This document shows positions 18,431-27,005 of a stretch of 64,000 bases of DNA, piece by piece. The notes beneath the pieces were generated by a model. That model searched no databases. It saw nothing but the letters and a program-made list of their open reading frames with translations, and was not told where the DNA came from. Within the stretch, counting starts at the first letter, position 1. The number at the start of each line of letters is the position of its first letter. The stretch comes from Acidimicrobiia bacterium (GTDB lineage Bacteria; Actinomycetota; Acidimicrobiia; Spongiisociales; Spongiisociaceae), in contig WTGI01000084.1 of NCBI GenBank assembly GCA_011523635.1, positions 39,745-103,744 on the forward strand, given 5' to 3'. A program made the translations under genes and the position numbers.

Positions 18431-19660
18431 TTACGGTCGAGCTAGGGCGAACCTGAGCGAGTTGAAGCCGCGCAGGACGAAACGTGGCGGTCGCACCGGT
18501 TGCTCGACCAACTCCAGCTCGGGGCAGCGGGTTGCGAGCCGGTCGAGCGCTATGTCCACCTCGAGGCGGGCCAGGGGCGCGCCCAGGCAATGATGGATTC
18601 CCCCGCCGAAGCTGACATGGGTCGGGTCGCCCCTTCCGATCCGGAAGGAGTTCGGGTCATCGAAGTGGCGGGGGTCGCGGTTGGCACATCCGAGAAGCAC
18701 GGTCACCTGTTCGTACTGCCCGATCGTCTGCCCGCCGACCTCGTAGCTATCGGCGACCACCCATCGGTCGAAGGTCTGGATGGGCGCGTCCCAGCGGAAC
18801 AGTTCCTCGGCGGCGGTCGCCGGGTCGACTTCGCCGCCGGTGAGGAGACCCCACTGGTCCGGATGCTGCATCAGTGCCAGCATTCCGTTGGCGAGCGTGT
18901 TGACCGAGGCCTCGTGGCCGGCGTTCAGCAGGGTGATGATCATCGACACGATCTGGGTGTCGGTCAACGTTCCGTCCTCGGTCTTCGCGGAGCACAGGGC
19001 GGTGATCATGTCGTCGCGGGGCCGGGCACGCCGCCGGTCCATCAGGTCTCTGCAGTACTCGGCGAACTCCTCCGAGGCCGTCACTGCGGCGCGGGTGTCC
19101 GCCTCGGTGATGTTGTATTCGTACATCCGGGTGATCCGGCTGGACCAGTCGAGCATCTGGCGCCAGTCCTCGGTCGGGGCGCCGAGTAGCTCGGCTATCA
19201 CCTGGACGGACAGGGGCGCCGCGTAGTCGTTGACCAGATCGAAGCGGCCTCGCTCGACGATCGGGTCGAGCAGGCGGTCGGCCAGATCGCCGATGCGCGG
19301 TCGCAGGCCGGCTAGCCGCCGCATCGTGAAGGCTGTGGAGACCAGTCGGCGGAGCTTGGTGTGGTTGGGCGGCTCCAACCACACGAGAGCCCAATGTTCC
19401 ACCTCGTAATAGGGCTCCAGGCCGTCGCGGAGCGGGGGGAGTCCCCAGGCCTCCCGGTCCACCGTGGGTTGGTCGATCCGGCCGAGCCGGCGGTCGCGCA
19501 AAGCCCGACGGACATCGTCGTGGCGGGTCAGGAACCAGATCGGCCGCTCACCGGCGCGGCCCGGACCGCGGAAGACCGGTGTCTCCTCGCGGATCCGGTC
19601 GAGCACCGGATAGGGGTCGCGGAGGAACTCGGGGTCGTAGGCGTCGAGGACGAACGTCAT
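18431..19660 (-). CDS. Cytochrome P450
   Basis: EPPNHTKLRRLV..AFT, I-helix NAGHEAS, EELFR (ExxR), ANRDP, heme motif FGGGIHHCLG. Confidence 0.96.
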   Translation of the reverse strand: MTFVLDAYDPEFLRDPYPVLDRIREETPVFRGPGRAGERPIWFLTRHDDVRRALRDRRLGRIDQPTVDREAWGLPPLRDGLEPYYEVEHWALVWLEPPNHTKLRRLVSTAFTMRRLAGLRPRIGDLADRLLDPIVERGRFDLVNDYAAPLSVQVIAELLGAPTEDWRQMLDWSSRITRMYEYNITEADTRAAVTASEEFAEYCRDLMDRRRARPRDDMITALCSAKTEDGTLTDTQIVSMIITLLNAGHEASVNTLANGMLALMQHPDQWGLLTGGEVDPATAAEELFRWDAPIQTFDRWVVADSYEVGGQTIGQYEQVTVLLGCANRDPRHFDDPNSFRIGRGDPTHVSFGGGIHHCLGAPLARLEVDIALDRLATRCPELELVEQPVRPPRFVLRGFNSLRFALARP

Positions 19661-19719
19661 TGACGAACCGTAACAAACGCGTTGCTCCCGCGGGGTGAAC
19701 GCGTCGCGTGGAAGGCGGT

Positions 19720-21162
19720 TCAGTCCACGAGTGGCCAGACGGCGTAGGTGGAAGCGCCGACGCCCGCTTCGAACTCGGCCGCGGCCGCGTCGATCCTCCG
19801 GTAGGCCTCTCCGCTGTCGAAGCGGGTGAATACGCCTCCGTCGAGGATGGGCTCCCCGTCGACGAATACGGTGTCCACGGTGCTGGACGCCCGGAAGTAG
19901 ACGAGATTGTCCACGGGATCGCGGAACCGGGGGTGCGCCTCCGGTCTGTCCAGCCGGTGAACAACCAGGTCGGCGCGCTTGCCTACCTCGATCGATCCGA
20001 TCTCGTCCTCGAGACCCAGCGCCCTCGCGCCATGGAGGGTGGCCATCTCCAGGACGGTCTCGCCGGTGAGAACCGGCAGCTCACCCCGGAATTCACGGAA
20101 CCCCACCGCTGCAAGGTAGGCCTGGCGCAGCACGTCCCGGCGTCCGCTGTAGCCATCCGAGCCGAGAGCCACAGGGACTCCCTTGGCCAGCATCTCCGGG
20201 AAGGACCCGACCCGGATGGCGCCCATGCCCCGCCTGAGAGATGCGGCCGGGCAGTGCACCACCCGGGTACCGGAGTCGGCGACCAGGTCCACCTCCCGCG
20301 CCGACAGATGGTTCATGTGTACGAGGGTCAGGTTCTCGTCCAGGACGCCGATGTCTGCTAGATGCTCGATGGGGCGGCATCCGTACAGGGCCTCGGAGAT
20401 CGTCACCTCCTCAGGGTCCCACGACTGGTGCATGATCATCGGGGCCCCGTGTTTGCGGGCCAGGGCCTGGGCCTGGACCAGCAAATCGTCGGAGCACCGC
20501 ATGCAGCCGTACATGGTCGCTCCTGCCCGGACCCGGCCGCCGTTGCGGAACGGGTAGCGGGTCATCTGCTCCTCCAGCCGTTCCACGCACTCCCCGGTCG
20601 GAGTCCGCAGTGTTTCCGCCTCTTCGTCGGACATTGCCCCGGCGGAAGTGTCGCGACCGGGTACTTGCGGGTTGAAATCGAGCATCCGGTGTCCCGGCAC
20701 TCCCCGCATCCCGACCTTCTCGATTGCCCGTACGGTCTCCTCCAGGAAGAACGAGCCGCCGGTGTCGCTGTAGGCGGTGGTGCCGTTGGTCACCATCTCC
20801 ATGCACGAGAGCAGGGCGCCCAGATGGTCGGCCTCGGCACTGCGGTGTGTGAACAGCCAGTCGTCCACCGCCTCGTAGTCGGCGTGGTCCTTGGGGGCGA
20901 TGCCACGGCTGAGTTCGGAGCTGCCGGCATGGACGTGCGCGTCGACCAGTCCTGGATGCACGAGTGCTCCCCCCAGGTCGCGGATGGCTGTGGCGTCCGT
21001 CCGGAGCGCTAAGGCACGGTCGGGACCCACGTCCGCTATTCGCCCGTTGTCGACGGCGACCGCCCCGTCGACCAGGATCCGCCGGTTTGGATCCATGGTG
21101 ATGATGCGACCGTGGCGGAGAAGCAGGTCAACCGGTTTGTCGTTGCTGTTCCCGCGTTTCAT
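19720..21162 (-). CDS. Metal-dependent amidohydrolase (MTA/SAH-, guanine- or triazine-deaminase-like)
   Basis: PGLVDAHVH, GTT, LVH, HCP, VALGSDG, MATL.GARALG, GSIEVGKRADL; SD GGAGG before ATG 21162. Confidence 0.88.
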   Translation of the reverse strand: MKRGNSNDKPVDLLLRHGRIITMDPNRRILVDGAVAVDNGRIADVGPDRALALRTDATAIRDLGGALVHPGLVDAHVHAGSSELSRGIAPKDHADYEAVDDWLFTHRSAEADHLGALLSCMEMVTNGTTAYSDTGGSFFLEETVRAIEKVGMRGVPGHRMLDFNPQVPGRDTSAGAMSDEEAETLRTPTGECVERLEEQMTRYPFRNGGRVRAGATMYGCMRCSDDLLVQAQALARKHGAPMIMHQSWDPEEVTISEALYGCRPIEHLADIGVLDENLTLVHMNHLSAREVDLVADSGTRVVHCPAASLRRGMGAIRVGSFPEMLAKGVPVALGSDGYSGRRDVLRQAYLAAVGFREFRGELPVLTGETVLEMATLHGARALGLEDEIGSIEVGKRADLVVHRLDRPEAHPRFRDPVDNLVYFRASSTVDTVFVDGEPILDGGVFTRFDSGEAYRRIDAAAAEFEAGVGASTYAVWPLVD

Positions 21163-21273
21163 GCATCCACCTCCAAGATCCCGGGCCTGTGGCTCCGTCC
21201 TCCGGCATGCCACGGCGCTCATCGGCCCGTTAGAGTCCCATTCGGCTCGCGACAGCCAACTGAGAGGGTTCGG

Positions 21274-22215
21274 ATGAACGACGCCGGAACGGTCATGACG
21301 GTACTTGGACCGGTGCCGGCTCACGAACTCGGGTTCACCCTTCCCCACGAGCACATCTATTGCACCCTCCGCCATGCCGACTACCGCTACGACGTGGCCG
21401 ATCAGTTCGTGGACGAGGAGGTGATGGCGGACGAGGTCGGGGCTTTCGCCGAGCTGGGGGGCGACACTATCTTCGACCTGAGCGTTCCTGACAACGGCCG
21501 ATCCCCCGAACGGTTGCGAACGTTGTCGGAGCGGACGGGTGTGCACTTCGTCATGGGCTGCGGCTGGTATCGCGGCAACTACTACCTGCCCGAGGAGCGG
21601 ATCGACCGTCGACCGGCAAGCGCCCTCGCCGACGAGTTGATCCGGGAGATCACCGACGGCGTGGGCGACACCGGGATCCGTCCGGGCGTGATCGGTGAGA
21701 TCGGATCCGAGAAGGACTGGGTGTCACCCGCCGAGGAAAGGGTGCTGCGGGCCGTCGCCCGGGCGCACAAGGCCACCGGTCTGGCAATCGGCGCGGTCCA
21801 CGCCGTCGGACCGGTCGCTCCGGAGCAGCTCACCATCCTCGAGGAGGAGGACGCGGACATGACCCGGGTGGCGGTCGCCCACTGCGATGCCTATCCACAT
21901 CTCCGCTACCTGCTCGGACTCATCGAGAGGGGTGTGTACATCATGTTCGACAACTGCGGCCAGTACAGGGGACTGGGTCAGTTCGAGAACCGGATCCTCG
22001 GTCTCATCGTGGAACTCGTGGACCGTGGCTTCGAGGACCGGCTGATGCTGTCCCACGATGTCTGCAAGCTCGGACAGCTGCGGATACACGGCGGTACCGG
22101 GTTCGTCTACCTGTCCGAGACGTTCCTGCCGGCACTCTCCGCCAGAGGTGTACCGGACGAGACGATCAGGATCATCACCCATGACAACCCCCGGCGCTGG
22201 CTGACCGGAGCATGA
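21274..22215 (+). CDS. Phosphotriesterase-family (PTE/PHP) hydrolase, copy 1
   Basis: TVLGPV...LGFTLPHEH, GIRPGVIGEIG, E.RVLRAVARA...TG, AH.D, LSHD, NP.R.L. Confidence 0.9.
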   Translation: MNDAGTVMTVLGPVPAHELGFTLPHEHIYCTLRHADYRYDVADQFVDEEVMADEVGAFAELGGDTIFDLSVPDNGRSPERLRTLSERTGVHFVMGCGWYRGNYYLPEERIDRRPASALADELIREITDGVGDTGIRPGVIGEIGSEKDWVSPAEERVLRAVARAHKATGLAIGAVHAVGPVAPEQLTILEEEDADMTRVAVAHCDAYPHLRYLLGLIERGVYIMFDNCGQYRGLGQFENRILGLIVELVDRGFEDRLMLSHDVCKLGQLRIHGGTGFVYLSETFLPALSARGVPDETIRIITHDNPRRWLTGA

Positions 22216-23513
22216 GCACCGGCGAGCGCCTCCTGGGCTGGTACCAGGCCGTCGTCGACGAGTACCGCCGGATCACACCCCGGTCGGCGGCCCTGTTCGT
22301 ACGCGGCGGAGGGGTCCTCCCGGGTGGCGACACCCGCTACTCGATCACCACCCGCCCGCATCCTCCCTACTTCGAGCGCGGTGAGGGCCCCTACATTTGG
22401 GACGTGGACGGGAACCGCCGGCTCGACCTCAACAACAACTCGACGGCGCTGGTCCACGGCCACGCCCATCCGGAGATCGTGGCGGCGGTCCGCTCCCAGG
22501 CCCGGTCGGGGACCGCCTGGGGTGGGCACAACCCGATCGAGGTCGATTGGGCGCAGTTGATCTGTGAACGGGTTCCCTCGATCGAGCGGGTGCGCTTCGC
22601 CAACTCGGGCACCGAGGCCAACATGCACATGCTGAAGGTGGCGCGGGCCTTCACCGGCCGGGATCTCGTCCTCAAGCTGGACGGCGCGTACCACGGGACC
22701 TACGACGCTTTCGAGTTCGCAGCCACACAGGACGGCCGCCTAGCGCCCAGCACCGGGGGAGTGCCCGCCAACCTGTCGGAGAACATCGTCCTGGGCGCCT
22801 GGGGCGATACGGATGGTGTCGCCGCTCTGATACGGGAGAACGCCGACCGCCTGGCCGCGGTGATCCTCACCCCCTTCCGCTCGGCGGGCGGGTTCGCCCA
22901 TCCTCCCGAGGGCTTCCTGGAGACGTTGAGGGCGGTGACGGCGGACGAGGGAGTGCTCCTCCTGTTCGACGAGGTCATCTCCCTCCGCCTCGCGATGGGG
23001 GGCGCGCAGGACCGCTACGGAGTGGTGCCCGACATGACCGCCCTCGGCAAGCTGATCGGGGGCGGCCTCCCGGTGGGCGCCTTCGGGGGGAGGGCCGACA
23101 TCATGGCGGTGACCGACCCCTTGGGTGACATGAAGGTGGCCCTGGCAGGTACCTTCAACGCCAACCCGATGACCGCCGCGGCTGGCGTCGCCGGCCTGCG
23201 CCTGCTGACGCCTGAGGTCCACGAACGGATCGACTACCTCGGCCGTGGGCTGCGGGAGGGGTTGTCCGCAGCGGTGGCCGAACGCGAGCTGCCGCTCCGG
23301 GTGGAGGGTGGCGGTTCCCTGCTCACCCTGGCCTGCGATCCGGAGGTGACCCGGCCGGACGTGCTGATGACCGGCCTCAGCCTGGCCTTCGGCAACCGGG
23401 GTGTCTTCGGCTTCCCGTTCGTGTCCACCTCCTCGGTGATGGAGGAAGAGCACGTGGAAGACGTCTTGAAGTCGGCCGCTGCCGTCTTAGACCAGGTGGC
23501 AGAGGCTCTCTAG
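22212..23513 (+). CDS. Class III PLP aminotransferase (GSA-aminomutase-like subfamily)
   Basis: WDVDGN, GHAHP, RFANSGTEA, GAYHG, FDEVI, LGKLIGGGLPVGAFGG, GTFNANP. Confidence 0.9.
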   Translation: MSTGERLLGWYQAVVDEYRRITPRSAALFVRGGGVLPGGDTRYSITTRPHPPYFERGEGPYIWDVDGNRRLDLNNNSTALVHGHAHPEIVAAVRSQARSGTAWGGHNPIEVDWAQLICERVPSIERVRFANSGTEANMHMLKVARAFTGRDLVLKLDGAYHGTYDAFEFAATQDGRLAPSTGGVPANLSENIVLGAWGDTDGVAALIRENADRLAAVILTPFRSAGGFAHPPEGFLETLRAVTADEGVLLLFDEVISLRLAMGGAQDRYGVVPDMTALGKLIGGGLPVGAFGGRADIMAVTDPLGDMKVALAGTFNANPMTAAAGVAGLRLLTPEVHERIDYLGRGLREGLSAAVAERELPLRVEGGGSLLTLACDPEVTRPDVLMTGLSLAFGNRGVFGFPFVSTSSVMEEEHVEDVLKSAAAVLDQVAEAL

Positions 23514-23713
23514 GCCTGATTATTCCTGTTCCCAGCACACCAACGCGGATCAGGCCACTTCAACCACATATCTCGCAAGCGGCCACACTCCACCCTGCGG
23601 TTGATTCCGCACCGACTGGAAGACGGGGCTATCAGATGGTTGTAACCCCAGGCCAGGAGCACGAAGGATCCATTCCGGTCACCCGGACAGACCCCCACCA
23701 TGAATAATCGGGG
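23514..23713. mobile_element. MITE family A, copy 2 (inverted relative to copy 1)
   Basis: TIRs GCCTGATTATTCCTG / CATGAATAATCGGGG; perfect CTAG direct repeats at 23510-23513 and 23714-23717. Confidence 0.8.
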
Positions 23714-23821
23714 CTAGGTCGGAGCCCGGTAGCACGCACACCCGATTCCGGGCTCGGCATGCACCCGGATCGAACCAAGTCAGCCCCAAGCGCTGTGCTG
23801 CATGCTCCGTGCCTGTCCGGT

Positions 23822-24250
23822 TCAGGATCGGGCGTCGAGACAATCCGGCGCTGCTCGGCTCTCCGCCCAGCGCAGGATCTTGCTATCTGAGGTGACCAAC
23901 CGGCGCCCGGTGAGAATGGCAGCCGCGGTGATGAGTTGGTCGGCCGGGCCGGCATGAAAGCCGTCCCGTATCTCCAGAGAGCCCGCCAGGACCGACATCT
24001 CCGATGTCACGGGTATCTCATGCAGACCCTGGTCCAGCAGGCTGCGGAGCCATAGTCCGGGATCTTTCCTGAGGTCGATCCTCCCATCCCAGTGGAGCCG
24101 CGCTATCTCGAGCATCGAGACGGATGAGAACCTCAGGGAGCCGGCCGAAGCGGCATCTTCGATGGCGGTCCTAGCCCTAGGTCCCAGGCTCGGGCTGTCT
24201 CGCGACATCCAGAGCAACGCATCCGTATCGAGGATGAGGTTCACATTCAA
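23822..24250 (-). CDS. vapC: PIN-domain toxin (VapC family)
   Basis: LILDT.ALLW, S.VS.LEI, H..PADQLI.A.A, LVTSD..I. Confidence 0.88.
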   Translation of the reverse strand: MNVNLILDTDALLWMSRDSPSLGPRARTAIEDAASAGSLRFSSVSMLEIARLHWDGRIDLRKDPGLWLRSLLDQGLHEIPVTSEMSVLAGSLEIRDGFHAGPADQLITAAAILTGRRLVTSDSKILRWAESRAAPDCLDARS

Positions 24251-24537
24251 CGCTGGTCGTTGCTTGGAAGGCCGGTCAGGACTCGTTCAGGGTCGGAGAC
24301 GACATGCCAGTCCTCAGGTGGCACGGCCGGCTCGGTCAAATCGGTGCCGATGCGGATATCGTCGCTCCACCCGATGACGCTTGCCTCGGATGACGCTACC
24401 GCCGGCACTACGGCTGCGACGGGTCGTCCGTGCTTGGTGACAATGAGTTTCTCACCCGTGGCGTGGACCTCGTCCAGCAGTTTCAGGCATCGGTCACGAA
24501 ACTGGGCGGCGGGGATGGTTCGGGTGCTGGCCCCCAT
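24247..24537 (-). CDS. Phd/YefM family antitoxin
   Basis: IPAAQFRDRCLKLLDEV..TGE.LIVTKHGRPVA; SD GGAGG; TATAAT on minus strand at 24569-24574; overlaps the toxin start. Confidence 0.9.
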   Translation of the reverse strand: MGASTRTIPAAQFRDRCLKLLDEVHATGEKLIVTKHGRPVAAVVPAVASSEASVIGWSDDIRIGTDLTEPAVPPEDWHVVSDPERVLTGLPSNDQR

Positions 24538-24728
24538 ACAGTTCCCTCCAAGAAATATTGTACAGAAGATTATAGCCACTTCGTACCGTATGCGGCATCC
24601 GTACGCCTTGGGTGGTAACGCTCAGATGTCGCTTGCGGACAGCCATTCTCCGTATCGGCCCACATGGTGACCATGCGGGGGATGGAGGAGCGAAGTTGGC
24701 GCTACCGCAAAGGGCCATCCTCATACCC

Positions 24729-25307
24729 TCATTGCCGTTGCGTCAGCGTCAGGAGCCACTCGTCAGCAGCCTTCGGCGAGCGCAGGTGGACCAAGTCGAG
24801 ATGAGCATGGTCCGGATGGGCCAGGGCCGCTGGTATCGACCGGCGTCGCCGCCAGTGGGTCTTCAATGCCCATAGGAATAACGACTGACGGCTGAAGAAG
24901 TGCCACCATATACGTTCCCTGTTGCCGTGCCACAGCTGTTCCCGAAGGAACCCACGACGCATCGTCCTCCAGAACAACCTCCACAGGACCACGCGTATCG
25001 GGTAGTCCAGCCATATCAACATGGTTGCCTTGGGCCAAACGACATCCCGTGCGAGGCTGTAGTTTCCGTCTCCGACCCACCTGTCGCCTCGCAGCTGCTG
25101 CCGTAACCGTGTTCTAAACACGTCGTCGGGTGTCTCTGTCCAATCCGGCCCATGGCGAATGGCATCGAACTCGATGTGATCCATGTCGAGCGCCTGAGCA
25201 ATCGTCTTTGCCATCGTTGTCTTGCCAGCGCCGGTAGTACCGACCAGGACAAGGCGGTCGTTATTCCGCGGACGGCGTTCGGCGTCGGGGCCTTGCGAGT
25301 CAGTCAT
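24729..25307 (-). CDS. Adenylate kinase-like P-loop protein (FlaR/topology-modulation family)
   Basis: VGTTGAGKTT, WVGDGNY, IWLDYP, LWHGNRE, LRSPK. Confidence 0.85.
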   Translation of the reverse strand: MTDSQGPDAERRPRNNDRLVLVGTTGAGKTTMAKTIAQALDMDHIEFDAIRHGPDWTETPDDVFRTRLRQQLRGDRWVGDGNYSLARDVVWPKATMLIWLDYPIRVVLWRLFWRTMRRGFLREQLWHGNRERIWWHFFSRQSLFLWALKTHWRRRRSIPAALAHPDHAHLDLVHLRSPKAADEWLLTLTQRQ

Positions 25308-25388
25308 GTCCTTGACGGTGGATGCGCTGCCTGTGAGATCCGACTGTGCCATTTCGATGCGGACTTGCGGCGCAGCCAAGCCAACCAG

Positions 25389-26975
25389 TTAGCCGTTCTT
25401 ACGGGCGATCTGGCCCCGGCGTTCTCCGGTAGGGCCGTTCGGGTCTACCGCGACCGCCCCGCTGACGATTACCCAGTCGATGCCGGAGGGTGCGAGCTCG
25501 GGCTGGTCGTAGGTCGCCCGGTCGATCACCCGGTCGGGGTCGAAAGCGACCAGGTCGGCTCGCTGTCCCGGCGCTATCTCACCTCGGTCGTCCAGCCCGA
25601 CCCGCCGTGCCGCCCGGAACGAGAGCCGGGCGATGGCTTCGCGTACCGTGACTACGCGATCCCTGATGGCGTAACCGCCCAGGAACCGGGGTGCGGTGCC
25701 CCACAGCCTCGGGTGGGGGGTGGCGGCGAAGACCGCGTCGCTACCCACCAGCATGGCCGGGTGCCGGGCGATGGCCTTGACGACGGATTCGTCGGCGTAA
25801 TGGAGGATGACCAGCGCGCTCATCCGGGTTTCCAGCAAGAGGTCGATGACCACCTGTTCGGGCTCGACCCCTCGGGCGGAGGCGATCTCGGCCAGCGTGC
25901 GCCCCATTGCGTCGCCGGGACCGTCGGGCCCGCAGTCGATCACGACGATTCCCTCCGGTCCGCACTGGTAGTAGAAGCTCTCGGGGCCCGCGTCCGGGTC
26001 ACCGAGCGCCTGGAGGAGACGGTCCACCGTAGGGCGGTCCCGCAGCCGAGCTGTCATCTGCTTGACGCCACCGTCATGTGCCCACGGGGGTAGCAGGGCA
26101 GACAGCAGGGTCACACCGGCGCCGTAGGGATACTGGTCGAAGGTAATGTTGACCCCGTCCGCGGGCGCCCCGTCGATCATTTCCAGCAGCGGTTCCAGCT
26201 TCCACGCGTTGCGACGCCCCAGCACCTTCAAATGGGAGAGGTGAAGGGGCGCACCACTCCGGCGTGACACGTCGATCATCTCCTCGACCGCCTCCAGCAG
26301 GTTGTGGCTCTCGCCCCGCATGTGGACGGAGATCAGCCCGCCGAACCGGCCCGCCTCGGTGGCGACGGCCACGACCTCGTCGCGGTCCGCGTACGCGCCC
26401 GGCGTGTACACCAGGCCGAAGGAGATTCCCCACGCGCCCGCCTCCATGCCTCTGGCGACCTGGCGGCGCATGGCGCGCAATCCGTCGGCGCCGGGTGCCC
26501 GCTGGGCTCCTCCCAGCACGGCATCACGCACCGCTCCATGAGGGACGAACGGGCACAGGGTGATGGCGGGACGCGTTCCGTCCAGGGCGTCCAGGTACTC
26601 GCCGATGGATCGCCAGGGCCACTTGGCAGGGCCTCTACCTTCCGACAGGGCCAGCTGTGTCATCCGATCGGCCAGACCCGCGTCCGTGACGGGCGCCGGC
26701 CCCATCCCGTCAGGGTTGATCAGTTCCGTCGTGAAGCCCTGGAGAAGCTTCGGCGTGAGGATCGGATCCTCAAACGTACGCAGAGCGCTGTGAGCGTGCA
26801 TGTCCACGAACCCGGGCGCCAGCGACAGTCCCTCGAGGTCGATGGTCCGGGTCGCTCCGTGCTGGAGTTCTGGGCCCACCGCTACTATGACGCCGTTGTC
26901 GATTGCGACATCTCCCGGCCCGGGCTCGGCGTCGCCGGGGTAGATCGTCGCATTCCGCAGGAGAAGGTCGACCAT
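25389..26975 (-). CDS. N-acyl-D-amino-acid deacylase (D-aminoacylase family)
   Basis: APGFVDMHAHS, QGFTTE, HGAVR, AGAWGIS.GL.Y.PG, HMRGE, SHLK, DQYPY, GSD, HPR..GT.PR. Confidence 0.92.
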   Translation of the reverse strand: MVDLLLRNATIYPGDAEPGPGDVAIDNGVIVAVGPELQHGATRTIDLEGLSLAPGFVDMHAHSALRTFEDPILTPKLLQGFTTELINPDGMGPAPVTDAGLADRMTQLALSEGRGPAKWPWRSIGEYLDALDGTRPAITLCPFVPHGAVRDAVLGGAQRAPGADGLRAMRRQVARGMEAGAWGISFGLVYTPGAYADRDEVVAVATEAGRFGGLISVHMRGESHNLLEAVEEMIDVSRRSGAPLHLSHLKVLGRRNAWKLEPLLEMIDGAPADGVNITFDQYPYGAGVTLLSALLPPWAHDGGVKQMTARLRDRPTVDRLLQALGDPDAGPESFYYQCGPEGIVVIDCGPDGPGDAMGRTLAEIASARGVEPEQVVIDLLLETRMSALVILHYADESVVKAIARHPAMLVGSDAVFAATPHPRLWGTAPRFLGGYAIRDRVVTVREAIARLSFRAARRVGLDDRGEIAPGQRADLVAFDPDRVIDRATYDQPELAPSGIDWVIVSGAVAVDPNGPTGERRGQIARKNG

Positions 26976-27005
26976 GTACCGAGCCTACCCCGGGGAGAGG
27001 TCGCG

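Noticed and set aside
22212-23513. hemL (heme biosynthesis)
   Set aside because: GSA-like fold, but it lacks the PGGVNSPVR signature (has PGGDTR) and is coupled to a PTE gene rather than hem genes
26304-27005. Long N-terminal extensions in the ORF track (also 822..1346, 45824..46615, 33682..34215, 51744..52442) suggesting fusion proteins
   Set aside because: They overlap other real genes; family homology starts at the downstream starts given in the features
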